This document shows positions 11,738 through 24,287 of a DNA stretch of 64,000 nt, piece after piece (the first letter of the stretch is position 1; the number at the start of each line of letters is the position of its first letter). Source of the DNA: Mytilus edulis. Taxonomy: Eukaryota. The stretch covers positions 50,282,001-50,346,000 of the forward strand of contig NC_092356.1 in the NCBI RefSeq assembly GCF_963676685.1, given 5' to 3'. The notes under the pieces are model-generated. The model was not told where the DNA came from. It saw only the letters and a program-made list of their open reading frames with translations, and searched no databases. The position numbers and the translations under genes were made by a program.

Positions 11738-11887
11738 CTGAGGTAACATTACAAATAATTCACTGAACAATGGACGTCTTTCTGGATCATGTTCCCAACA
11801 TTTGGTCATTATCTGGTAGTATTCTTTAGGACATAAATCTGGTCGCTCTAGTCTTTGGCAGTTTGGTGCATCTATTGATTCTAATAT
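11738..11887 (-). CDS. Ack-like: Ack-like exon: kinase C-lobe end (ILESIDAPNCQRLERPDLCP...KCWEHDPERRPLFSEL)
   Basis: tag acceptor, CAG|gtaggt donor, 150 nt, CW..DP..RP.F motif. Confidence 0.95.
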
Positions 11888-12211
11888 CTATCATAGAAAC
11901 AAGAAAATAAATAAACTACATAGAAATGTGTAAATTTTATCATTTTTGTTGAGGTGTAATAGTAACATGTAATACAACACATAACCCAAATAATTCAGTC
12001 CCACTCTGTCTCTCTCATTTCCTAGGGCCAACTTTCTTCATATAGTAAAAATGGGCCATGAATACTAGATTTTGATTGGTGCTTTCTGTGAGAAAGCAAA
12101 TCAGCTGCCAGCATAGTTTTATTCAGTATTCTAGGGTATTTTAGCCACCATAGAGCAACAGTATGAAATGTATTCATCAAGTACAGTTGAAAATTGTTTA
12201 CTTTGGTTCTA

Positions 12212-12409
<198 letters not shown>

Positions 12410-13205
12410 TTATGTTGAAATATTTCTTTGAACATCTTAACTAAACAACTATCAAAACTCAATTTCTGTTTGGTAATATATTGTAAACAAACAAAATTTT
12501 TCATGACTTTGGCAAAAAGAAAAAACACAAATATAAATGGTTAGTTTAAAGTAGTCAACAGTCATCAAAATTTGTTCATACATTATGTTGGTATTGTAAG
12601 ATATATTTATTGGGGTATTTTAAGGAAATCTGGTACACATTGATATAACATATAAAATGGTTTTTTTTCAAGGATTTTGTAAATATTACCATTATGACAA
12701 TTTTATATTCGAAGTTAGAAAGAAATTAACTGACTAAAGAATGGTAGATGTAATCACAGATTCCATTTTATTGTATTCTATTTTTACATGCCTCAACAAA
12801 ATCTAAAAACATGATGACACCAAAGAATTTCAATTTACCCTTTGTGATATGTCTATTGTAATCTTTGGCTTTAAAGTTTGTTGCTGTATCTCTCATTTTC
12901 TTAATTGTTTTTTGTATTGCTCATAAATGAAGCCATTTAGTTTTCTCATTTGATTTGCTTTACATTTGGCATTTCGAAGCACTTATAGCTTTATACTATG
13001 CTGTAAGGTTTTTGCTCATTGTTGAAAGCTTTAATGATCTATAAGCCTTCTACAGCATTTTTCTCTTATATATCTCCTTATTTTTATATTGACCATCATA
13101 TTACATTTCTTAATGTTGTGAGATATTTATTCTATGCTTATAAAACAAAAGAAAATTAAGATTATCTCCCTTATACCAATGACTATAAATATATATGTAA
13201 CTTAC

Positions 13206-13303
13206 CAAGCTATAGGCAATTTTAGGTTTAGACTAAAATTACTCTGATAGTAATCTTTACCGATACCTAAGGCTCGAGATAATCCAAAGTCACTTATTTT
13301 TAC
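13206..13303 (-). CDS. Ack-like: Ack-like exon: activation loop (VKISDFGLSRALGIGKDYYQSNFSLNLKLPIAW)
   Basis: ctttcag / gtaag, 98 nt, phase 0-2; DFGLSRALG..KDYY..NF..NLKLPIAW matches the PR2/Ack-like subfamily as I recall it, rather than ACK1. Confidence 0.96.
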
Positions 13304-13392
13304 CTGAAAGAAATAGAAATATAAATGTCATAAAGTACATTGATGACAAGTTCATCTGATTGAATAATTCTGCATATGAATTTAACAACATT

Positions 13393-13525
13393 TAAGGAAT
13401 GACTGTAATATTTTTTCTGTCTATGAAGAAATAACATTAAAAATGTGGTGCACACTGAATAACGTGTGCACCACATTTTTTATGTTATTTCAAATAGACA
13501 GAAAAAATATTACAGTCATTTCTTA
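13393..13525. repeat. Long near-perfect palindrome (~62-bp arms, 8-nt loop), probably part of an unclassified element extending to ~13673
   Basis: ...aaaatgtggtgcacac tgaataac gtgtgcaccacatttt... Confidence 0.85.
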
Positions 13526-14482
13526 TAATTTAATTCTAAATTCCATTTTAAACCGTAGAAACCCATGAAAAAACGTTGATGATGTCACGGTCACATGACT
13601 AAATTATGTCTATGGGCTCATAACAAAATAACGTCAGCCAATCAGAAGACGCGTTACATCCAAAATTAAATTATTGTCTTAGATTATGTATCTTTTTTCT
13701 CCGATCTAAATTGATGAGGATTGCAAGTTTTCCTGCAGAAAAATTGGTGGTTCTCTCATGATACTCTAGTTTTTTCAATTATTTAAAACTTGCCGTCATG
13801 AAAGAGCAAAAAGTGCTAAAAGGGGCATAAATAATACAGGGTTTGAAATTAGCAGGAGCCCACTCACCAATGGCCCCTAAAATTTGGTGTGGGCTCCTAA
13901 AGTTTCTGCTTTTCTTTAGAATTATTATATATATTATTGGCTACAAAATTGAATCTGTGGGCTACCACTGCCAAAACCTGAGTGGTTACCAACAATCTTT
14001 ACTTTTAAGTATTACATGTTTTGTAAAATAGCGTCTTTTATAATTTGTTGTATGATTTCTGCGTTTAAAAATGATACCGGTGAGTTGAAAGGTGTGTTTG
14101 TAGAAATACCAAAATGAACTGCTTTTATATATCAGATATGTTAGTAAATTAATGTATAACTGTGTTGAACTGTACAAGGGTTTCATAATCCTTCCTGTTA
14201 AACGGTACTTTTTGCATTTATATCATTGTATATAAGAGTACTTTTCAATATATTCCATGAATACCAAAATATCAATTTTCCAAAATTCAGGCAGTACTTA
14301 TTAGAAGTATAGAATTCTAATAAATGGATTGTATTGACATTCTTGATGATGCAAACCTGATGTTTAATATAAACATGTCAAAATAACCTCATCACATTTC
14401 TCTTCCTAGTGGCAATAAGTAAATAAATTTTTGAATATAAAATCAAGAACTTAATCTTGGAAAATTAAGAGAGTTATCTTAC

Positions 14483-14674
14483 CTTAGATTTACTAAACAC
14501 CAATATATTTCTTGCAGCTAAATCCCTATGAATTAAACGTTTACTTTCTAAATAACTCATTCCATCACAAATTTCTTGAGCAAAATCACAAAGTCTTGGT
14601 AAAGGAAAGTCAGTTCGTAATGATTGTTCTTTTAGGCACTCTAATAATGATCGCATTGGAGCTAGTTCTGTGAC
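14483..14674 (-). CDS. Ack-like: Ack-like exon: hinge and catalytic loop ([15 protein letters not shown]...[16 protein letters not shown])
   Basis: cctacag / gtaag, 192 nt, HRDLAARN tyrosine-kinase signature. Confidence 0.97.
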
Positions 14675-15415
14675 CTGTAGGATATTAAATATAAAACTTA
14701 AATTTCTAGTCATTTGAAGATTTCATTCTTGTTCATGATGTGCTTAAGTTCTATGTTTATTTTAATTTATAGAAATCATTACTAGCCAACACTTTACTGG
14801 AACGTGATTATTGTTTCTTCCTACTATTTAAGATACTTTCATACAATATCAAAGTAACATTATTATCTGCAAAAGATGGTGGTATATGTTTTTCAGCAAT
14901 ACTTTAACAGTTTGTGGCTCAAGTGCATTGTTACTGATTTCTATTGCTGTGGGCAACAAATAGAAATATCTAGCTTAAAACATTTGAATAAAAGGTACTA
15001 TCTTATATAATTTGGTCTCTGGTGAAGAGTTGTCTCATTGGCAATCATACCACATCTTCAATTTTTTATTTTGTGTGTATTTTTTTTCTTCTTAAATTTT
15101 GGTATGTATGTTTATCTTATGTATTTCTGTCATAATTCATCATTCTCAGAGAGAATAGTAATCTCCTGACATATTACATGGATCCAATACTCCTAAACAA
15201 ACTGATTATGACTGCAACATTAACATTCTGCACAACACCATAGGTTTAACAAGTGGTCAGAAGCCAAGGTGGACAAAATTATTCTATACCAATGCTATAA
15301 TGGTAAACTTTCCAACCTTGGTTTAATCATAAGATGGAAGTCAGGGTAGATCCATTCAATACTTAAGCTATCCTCAAGCTTTAAACTGGGTATAAGCACA
15401 TATCTTTGTACCTAC

Positions 15416-15568
15416 CAACATTAAGGAATCGTCTTTATCTAACACAACACCATACATTCTAACAATATTTTCATGGTCAACATTCTGCATAATATTAGCC
15501 TCCTTTAAAAATTCTGTCGTTCCTGTGTGCATCTTTTCTTTTGTAAGGCATTTTATTGCAACTTGGAC
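15416..15568 (-). CDS. Ack-like: Ack-like exon: kinase subdomains II-IV (VQVAIKCL...EFLKEANIMQNVDHENIVRMYGVVLDKDDSLML)
   Basis: tttcag / gtaggt boundaries, 153 nt, VAIK lysine and helix-C Glu. Confidence 0.95.
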
Positions 15569-16714
15569 CTGAAATATATAAAAGTTTTAATAAAAGGACT
15601 GCATTTTAAAAGTTCTCCTCGTGTACATTTTTCATTTTTTCTTCAAAAGCTACAGAGGCTTTTAATTGTAAGTTTCTTTTCTTTTTTTATTGTACTGATG
15701 TCATCAACTCGTATTCTAGTGTGTTTTTATTTCGTTGCTTTAATTGTGTTATCACATCATAGTGTAATGTTTGTAAATGTTGCTAGTTCATCCGGTAACA
15801 GTACCCAAAAAGTCCCTTTATTCTACCTGGACCAATATTATTATTCAGAGTTATTAGTCTTTGCTCTAATGCCACTCCCTTCACAAAGAAGCAGCCAGTG
15901 GCAATTCCAGAACTTTTCATAAGGGGGCCCTGACTGACCTAAAAGGGGGGGGGGGGGGGTGCTACAGTCATGCTTCCTATGACAGCAAATACAAATTCTT
16001 ATCTTTCAAGTTCAAAACAACTATTGAATCACTGAAGGTGAGCATATGAGACCACATTGAGGTTGGACACGATTGAGACAGGGGCAGTGTCCATCACTAC
16101 ACAGCTTTTCATTCATTTTAAAGCATTTTAAATCAATAAACAATAAATATGATATGCATAGCCTTATATAAAATAATTAAATGATCAGGTGACATTTACA
16201 GTTGAGATGAGGAAACATGAGATAACATATTGAATCATTCATTATTCTCTGATGGTAGATGTGTGGTCCCAGCACCAATGGCATTAAATATTTACTCATT
16301 CCACACAAATCCATACACTTCATCTATATTTTCTAATACAAACTTGTTACAGTTCTTTTTCAAGTAGGAAATAACTATTTCATGTCTACTATTCATCTGT
16401 AAAATGAGTTTTTATCTACCATTGAGAATTTAGCATCATCATTATACAAAGGGTGTCTTTGTTAGTAAGTTTATATACCTTATCACATATAACATGCGAT
16501 CATGATGATTCAATGGTAGTTCATACATTCATGTATTTTAAATAGAAAGACTGATCTTTTATAGAATATTTGGTAGAATGTTCTTAGTACCTAAAGTTTT
16601 TATGTGTAATTTTTGTGAATGTTTTTAATGTTTTGATTTATTTTCTACATAACTCTTCTCCGTTCATCATGTATTCTTTTTAATAATATCTCCCCAGTTG
16701 CCAATGCTTCTTAC

Positions 16715-16921
16715 TTTTTCTCCTGTCTCTGTAGTCCATAACCCTTGCTGTACAATACCAAACTCCCCTTCTCCAAGAGTTTTATTGATCTGGATTGAAT
16801 TGGCGGGTATGATTTGTTTACAAGGAGGTCTGATGTAGGATGATGGTCGTGGAGATCTTTGTTCTGGAGGTGAAGGACTCAGTGATCGTCCAATGTCTCC
16901 ACCTGATCGAGTTAAAATTGC
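16715..16921 (-). CDS. Ack-like: Ack-like exon: linker and kinase subdomain I (AILTRSGG...LGEGEFGIVQQGLWTTETGEK)
   Basis: tttttcag acceptor, gtaag donor, 207 nt, phase 0-0, GxGxFG loop. Confidence 0.95.
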
Positions 16922-19900
16922 CTGAAAAATAAATAAAATATTTATAAAACATTGTCACCATGGAGTTTGTATGCTAGGCAATATTTTTTTTCTGTATAGC
17001 CATGGGTCCCAAGTCACTTGTAATGTCAAAGAATACAGGTTGCTGTATTCTTTAAAGACACTATACATTTCATTATCTGCCAATTTATGAAACCAATCCT
17101 ACCTATATTTTTTTGTAGCTTTTCAATAAATCTAGTGTGAAAAAAGACAAATGCAAGTTTTATTGTGAGAATTTTAACATCTAAACAAAACTAGAAGTGC
17201 TAGATATATATGTTAATATACATTAAACATTCAAATAAGTCAGTCTTGTCATTGCAGAAACATTCCAAATCTATACTGCTACTATTCATTTTTCTGTCAT
17301 TCTCTCTATTTACTGAGATAAATATTTATACCCAAGTATAACAAGGCCAAAGAATGATAACAGTCAACAATCTATAATCTAATATATCTGCATACTTATT
17401 TATTATTATTGATCATACAGTATTTTTAAAATGTAGGTAGTGAGACATTTCTTTTCTAGGCACAGGCTGGCAAGAAAAATACTTTGTATTATGACCTCTA
17501 AATTGGAATAAAAAAAGTCACCAACATGATGAAAAACAAAAAATTAGCTTTCCTAAACTTGCATCAAAATTCATCTAGATGTGTTATGGAAGGTTGAAAT
17601 GAATTAAGTTACAATTAACTGCAGATCTGTACCACATGGCATGAAATAAAATACTATAGAAATAACTTGTAGTGCATTGCACAAAACAAATAAAATTTGA
17701 ACATCTGCCGATTGTTGATCAACTGTTTGCCCTCAAGCTAGAAAACTGAAAACAAACAATGAGAGTGGAATATTTTGTTTTCATTTCTTCAAATAAAGTA
17801 TACGAATAAGTAATATCTTATGCATGTCCAGCTTGAAACAGAAAGCAATGAAGATTTAATAGAAGAAGATCCAAAATGAACATAAAATTGGTTGAACATT
17901 TTTTTCATTGTGACCCACAAACACAGAATTTATCACCCAATTCCTTAGGTCTCCATAATTCATCCACAAGATGCTTTTCATCTTTAAACATTTCTGTTTT
18001 CGAAAAAAAATAAAACATTTCAAAAGTATGTATTATATGTAATATTATGTTTTTTTTTAAATGACGAAATGACAAAAAATTTACAATTATTTCCTAAATA
18101 TAACAAATTTATACCTTGTTAAATACATTATTAAACAAAGCAGGAAATTTAACATCCTGTCAAATACAACTTAATGAAGAACAAAAAATATATATACATA
18201 CAGGGATACGATTCTTAAGTGACTGGAAATGCTTCTTCATTGTGTAAAATCCTCAAGAATAATAATTCCTTAACTTATTCATAAAATCACACAAAAATAC
18301 ATCTGTTCTATGGGGTATCTTATCTTTTCAAGACATTCCCTAGAGGATATGTGTATATATCTCAACAAGTTTTAAATTTAATCTACACATGAATCATCAA
18401 AAAAGTATAATTAAAGAGAAATCACAAGGCTTAATTTCCATCATGATATTTAATTTAAGAGATTTTTGTGCAGACATTTAAAATTTATTTGGTATATATT
18501 TAAGGTATATTAAAACAGTTTGATGTCTATTATGTTAACTGTATACTGCATTTGTAAAATACTTCTAATTCTTTATCAAGCCTCAGTTGTTTAAATTGTC
18601 CTGAAGGATGGCTTTGTGTCCTTTGTATGTGTAACATGTAAACACTGAGCTTACAAATAGTTTCAAGCTTATTTTCTCCTTTCGAAGGGTTGGAGCAATT
18701 GTTTAAAACATTAAGATGGTATGCAGAAAACAATAAAAAAAAAAATGCAGAATTCTAAGAGAGTCTCAAGACAGACATTACCAAAAGCAAAAGGTACAGA
18801 AAAAAAGTCCTCATAAAATTAAAATTTGAGCAATGTGAACTCCCCCAAAACCAGGGTGCACCACTTATATGCTCCTACCCCCCCTTTTTTTAAAGGATTA
18901 ATACTTTTGAGTTGGGACATATATTTGGAACCCCTTTTTAAAAACGTCCTCTATTTTATATAGATCTAAAACCAACCTTGATCATCTATGTTAATGATGA
19001 ATTTCACACTTCCCTTCTAATTCAAGTAAATAATAAGAATCATCCTAATCTAATTACTGGTAGACGTTTTACTACTATAATATATAATACAAGAGCCAAT
19101 TATCTACTTATAACTTGTGTAACAAGTACTTACTATATCCATCACATCAATGACCTTGACTTTTAGCCATGTTTTTAAGTTTCCTAATTGGTGTCTTTAG
19201 GACAAGGTAATGGCATGCACCTTAACCTCAGACACTTGAACAAAATGGTAGTTGCAAGTATCTTCTATATAATAATGTTAAAAGAAGATGACCTGTATTT
19301 CAGTTCCGTTAGAACTAATACTGTAAACCAAATCATTTTCGCAGTGAATTTATCACGGGTCTAGTCCTTTTTATTCCACTTCGTCCTGATTTTATATTGT
19401 GATTTTCAAATTTATTTGTTGTAGTTAATTAAGGAAGGATCAAAGTTTTACATATTCATAAAGATTTACAGTTGTATTATTTTTCTACTCTTGAAGCTAC
19501 TTCAGGTTTACAGTAATAGTCAACTTTTACTTTGATTACCTCAGATTGACCTTAAACTTGACCTTGAACTTATAATGTATCTCTGAACTTTGTAGGATCA
19601 AGAAACTAAATCTGTTATTAATAAATCATTCATTCACAACAGCAGGGTTCCAACTCACAACTTATAGAGTTGTTAAGCCAGATATCACTGCAGACTTACT
19701 ACTCAGACAATTTGTCCATGAAGGCCCCTTCAGTATAAGAGTTGCTGTCAAAGACAAAGAGGAGAGACAGCATAAAACACTCATAAAGTCTAGAAAAGAC
19801 AGACATTATATGTACAACTCTGTAAAACAGAAAACTATGACACTGATTGAAAAGGAAGCATTCATTATAATTGTAAGCCTTGAACATTACAACAACCCAG

Positions 19901-20103
19901 ACAGGTCCCAGGGTATTATTTTTTAATGCCATTTTGATATTATCAAGACCAAGGGATACAGCTTTGTACAAGGTAACAGGTTCGAAATATAATTTATAGA
20001 CTTTCATCAAAAAGATTTTTGAAGATACTAAGGGGGTATAGATGTGTAAAAAGATTACAGAATCTTTTCAAGAGTCATCCTGTCTGTGATGCATGCATCT
20101 ACT

Positions 20104-20186
20104 AAAATGGTGGTGGAAAGAAGATTTGCTACCAAAATTATGGTGGAAAGAAGATTTGCTTCCAAAATGGTGGTGGAATAAAGATT
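20104..20186. repeat. 30-bp tandem repeat, ~2.8 copies
   Basis: aaaatggtggtggaaagaagatttgctacc units. Confidence 0.85.
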
Positions 20187-23100
20187 AAGTATAATTGAGA
20201 GATTTGAAGACGGGTCCATTATGATAGTTTAATCCCAACCATCTGGAAGGTTGGAAAGAGGACTTATTTGATGCTAAACAAATCCCTGAAGTTAATTGGC
20301 GTTTTCTAGTTTCCATTGTTATCGTTTGTCCTCCAAAGACCTTTCCTGTCATCTACAGAAACATATGTATGACCTAAATTTTGACCCTCACTAAATCAAA
20401 ATGCTAAATCTAAGTCCAAGCTCTCTTATCTAGTTCTGTTATTACAACAATGAAAATATGAAGATTTATTAAAATTCATTTTTACATCAATATATACCTT
20501 CAAGGACAGATGTTTATCTTAAAAATTGAAATATTGTTGAACAGAAGGCCGTAATAACTAAGCCAAATTCTACTTTCCCTTTACAATCAATTTTAACAAG
20601 AATATCAATAGTCTAAAAATCATAAAATAATTCCTTACCAAAAATTTCATTTTCTTGTTCTCACTACTTTTACTCATAACTGTTCCAAAAGGATTGACAC
20701 GCTGTTGTTAATTTTATGATAATGCGATGACTTCATTCTCCCATAACAAATACTTCATACAAGGTGTGACATCATTTCCCTTGACAAGGTGTATTAAAAA
20801 ACGTAAATGTACGACCACAAAATGTGGAGAATTATAGTGATAGTAGTATACATGTAGTATGTGGTTAGTATGTGGTCAGACACTGTCCTAAATGAAGGTA
20901 CATGTGAAAGGTCATCTTTAATTTTCTCACAATATAAATAGATCTGAAATATCAGTTTATTGATTTGGATCGTGAGTCATATTCAACAAGTAACTTCTTA
21001 CGATCTGCAGACTATCAGTTTTATCAGGTTTTATGCATTTAATCAAGTACTCTGCATGCCTCGTGCATTGTGCATCAGCTTGCAAAAATTCTAGAATGAC
21101 AAGTCGAGTTGCAACTCTATTTTTTTTTAAATGTTTTAAAATAGTACAAATTATATCAGATTTGATTAAATTTTGTTTTGCTATTTTTGAATGTTTGAAT
21201 ACAATGACATGATAAAAACTTTTTATTTTTGTCATGACGAAAACTTTTGAGATTACCCCTAAACAATAAGACAAGGTCAAAATCTATTTGAACGAATTTA
21301 AAAGAAAGTGTTAACGGAAATGAATACCCAAAACTAATTGATTTTCAAAAATTACTCTTTAATTTTAATTGACAAAAAAGTCTGAGACCATAATTTTCCA
21401 ATTTTTTAACACATCATGTTTTTAAATTTTGACTTAAATTACGTTAATTTAATTATTTTTTAATCCATAGAACATATAATTACCAAACTAGGTAAGAAAA
21501 AGTGTATGTTATTATTTGTGAATATAATTGATTGGTTTCAAGTGTAAGGTAGAATTTTAAATGAAGTATTGCTCCAATTCCCTTTGATCTTCATGATGAA
21601 ATACCTACTGAAAAGAAAATATTTCTATGTTTTCAAACAACTGTAAAAACTTTTCAAATAATTTTAATGGTGTTGAAGTTTTATTTTTAAAGTTTCTTTT
21701 CCAGTGCACATTCTTTAAGTCAATCCAGGGGGTATGACAAACCAAATTTTGTCATACCATATATTTTATGTTGCTCCAGGGTCAAAGAGTGCCATGTCTA
21801 GAGTCCTCAGCATTGTCGCCTTGAAGGGTGGAAAAGTGTCAAATCTTGCATTCAATCTTATACATTTGTATATGCAAAGGGTTCCAACTTGAAAATCTCA
21901 GTTTCCAGGTATCAAATGTTATAAACTTATATCTCTCAAGCAAGCAAGCAATTCTGAAGCGAAAACTAATACATGTAACTGTTATCATGTTATGACTTTG
22001 TCTTTGTTTTCATAGCAATAGTGACAAGAAAACTGCTAGGAAATAAGCCAATACTCGTTCTTTCTTTCACTACTATCTGAATTATCACTTGTAATGAACC
22101 ATGTGATTCAATGGCAGTTTTTACATAGACTTTTGATGTTAATGACAAGACACAAATCAAAGCAAGTAGCAAGAACTCTTTGAAGATTAATTATTTCCAA
22201 CAAAAGCATAAATGGATATCAAATTTAATATGGATGGGATTCAGTTATGATAAATATAGAATAAGAATTACCAAATGAAACAACTACCCATAAAGATTGA
22301 TGGACAAAGATGTCTATTTCAATCCAGTTCAGAGTTGGACATGAAAGGAACAACCATTAAAAAGACTAATGCTTCTACAAATTATTAGATGTTGATCATG
22401 ATTATTTTCCCACTTTTGGTAGAAAAAAACATGCTGGTTTTGTAATGTCTAGCATTTCAGACAAAAGACATTAAAGTTCATAGAATATATAAATTATATC
22501 TACATGTCTGATGAAATTTGATTAACCACTATGTCCACTTTACAGCAATCAGATCTAATTATACCCTAATGGTATTATCAATTAACATAATGGCTAGAAT
22601 ATGATACTCGTTTATCTTATGATTCATTAACATGCAGTTTCACTTATTGTGAAGATGTCATGTGCTTTTTTTTTTAGCTCATGAGCTTTTTGTTTATATA
22701 TAATAATAGAGTGGGGCAGGTCCTATTTTGGGACATTGGGATCAGGTGTTTTTAAAGCTTGGGATTTTGGGATTGACCATTTCTGGATCCGGAATTTCTT
22801 TTTTCGAATTTATGGATGTCAGGATTTAATTTATTTTTAATTTGGGACCTCGGGATTTCATATTTTAAAAACATTTCCAGATCAGGACCCCTCTGACCCA
22901 CTCTCATAATAAGTTTCTAGGAGACTAACAGCTATGCTATAATTGTACATCTTTCCATTATACTATTGAGGTGAACACTATTAAGGGAGAAGAAAGTCAA
23001 AGTATCTATAGAGAACCATCAAAAAGATCAGAGTCAAACGCACCTTGTCATGGGGAGGGTTGAGTGATACAAAAAACTAGTTTAACCCTGCCACATATTA

Positions 23101-23618
23101 AAGTGTCAGTCTCACATCAGGAACATAACAACTGCTGGTCTTTATGTTAAATTCATTTTCAAGACTTTTAGGCGATTAAGTGCTTGACCCCTACATGTTT
23201 GATTTTTTAAACAGCTGGGTTGCTGTCATACCATGCATCTTCTTATATTCATATAGCAACATTCATCATCATCATCCATAAATATGATAATGTTTCAAGA
23301 TGTTAAAAACACAAAATATGTAATTATAAAATAAAAAAGAGGACACCTGGCCAATTTATTGTTTATGTAGTGTGATAATAGTTAAACATTTGGTAAAACT
23401 TGAGGTTAGGTGTAATTTGATTTGAAATCCATGTGCAGTACTTGAAAACTTAATCTACAAATACACCAATATAGAATGACCTCACAAATTATCAGGCTAT
23501 AAGGGACGGGCTATAAAGAGTAAAATGTTGAGGTCATTGGACAAGTAATTCTATTTCACTATTTTTTTTTGTTTTCATATATATATATAAGACATCCCTT
23601 TCTCACAAAGAAACCAGC

Positions 23619-23846
23619 TACTGTGGACTCATTATTATTTTTGGATACCAATGTTTGTGAATATCGTTGGTACAGGTGAGACAAACTTGAATGTTCAATA
23701 ATAAATAACAATTATTCTTTAAGGTTGTATGCACACTTTTACAAAACAACGAAAATCATATGCATGTATCCACAACAGGGTATGTTTTCCTCAATCCACT
23801 AAAATAAGTAATTTAGTATCCACAAAGATAAATGAATCCAAAATAG
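23619..23846. mobile_element. MITE family with tactgtggattcatt TIR; related copies at ~10165-10370 and ~61189-61380
   Basis: Shared termini and shared internal ggataccaatttt..gtggatttc sequence in three copies. Confidence 0.6.
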
Positions 23847-24065
23847 TCATATTAACAACACTGGCAGATCAAAGTGTGTGTGCATGTGTGTGGGGGGGTT
23901 GCAGGGGTTGGAACCCCCCTTTTTTTGGACGATCAATGCATTTATATGGGGATATATAGTAGGAACACCCCTTTGTCCTGGGTTAGAAAATGGCTGGATC
24001 TGCCTCTAAACAATTTAGTCTAACAAATCTCCTCTACAGAATCTTTTTTTCATATTCCTGCTCAC

Positions 24066-24287
24066 CTTTTTTAACTTTCCCAGAGCACCAGCAGGAAATT
24101 CTTTCTTGTACATTTTCTTGAGCCGTCTCATCTCCGGCTTTGTCATGCCTATGTCATTAAGGTCTTCTTCCTCAACATACTTTAATTGGTGGATGGCATT
24201 TATCTTCAGTTGGTCCTTCAGAGCTTGGTAGTAGTGGTCCAACTCCGCCTCCTCCATAAACTCAAGGAGGCTCTTCTCTGTCGTCAT
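24066..24287 (-). CDS. Ack-like: Ack-like/PR2 tyrosine kinase, first coding exon: N-terminal SAM-like domain (MTTEKSLLEFMEEAELDHYY...GKLKK)
   Basis: ATG at 24287; acceptor tctttttcag just upstream (exon starts 24308, so at least one non-coding exon lies further upstream); donor AAG|gtgag; 222 nt, phase 0; FMEEAEL..YY, LKYVEEEDL..IGMTKPEMRRL is typical of the ACK-family SAM region. Confidence 0.93.

Noticed and set aside
19699-20352. 103-aa ORF and exon-like block in the intron
   Set aside because: No recognisable domain, and stops in all frames between the apparent acceptor (20352) and donor (19700); not supportable as coding.
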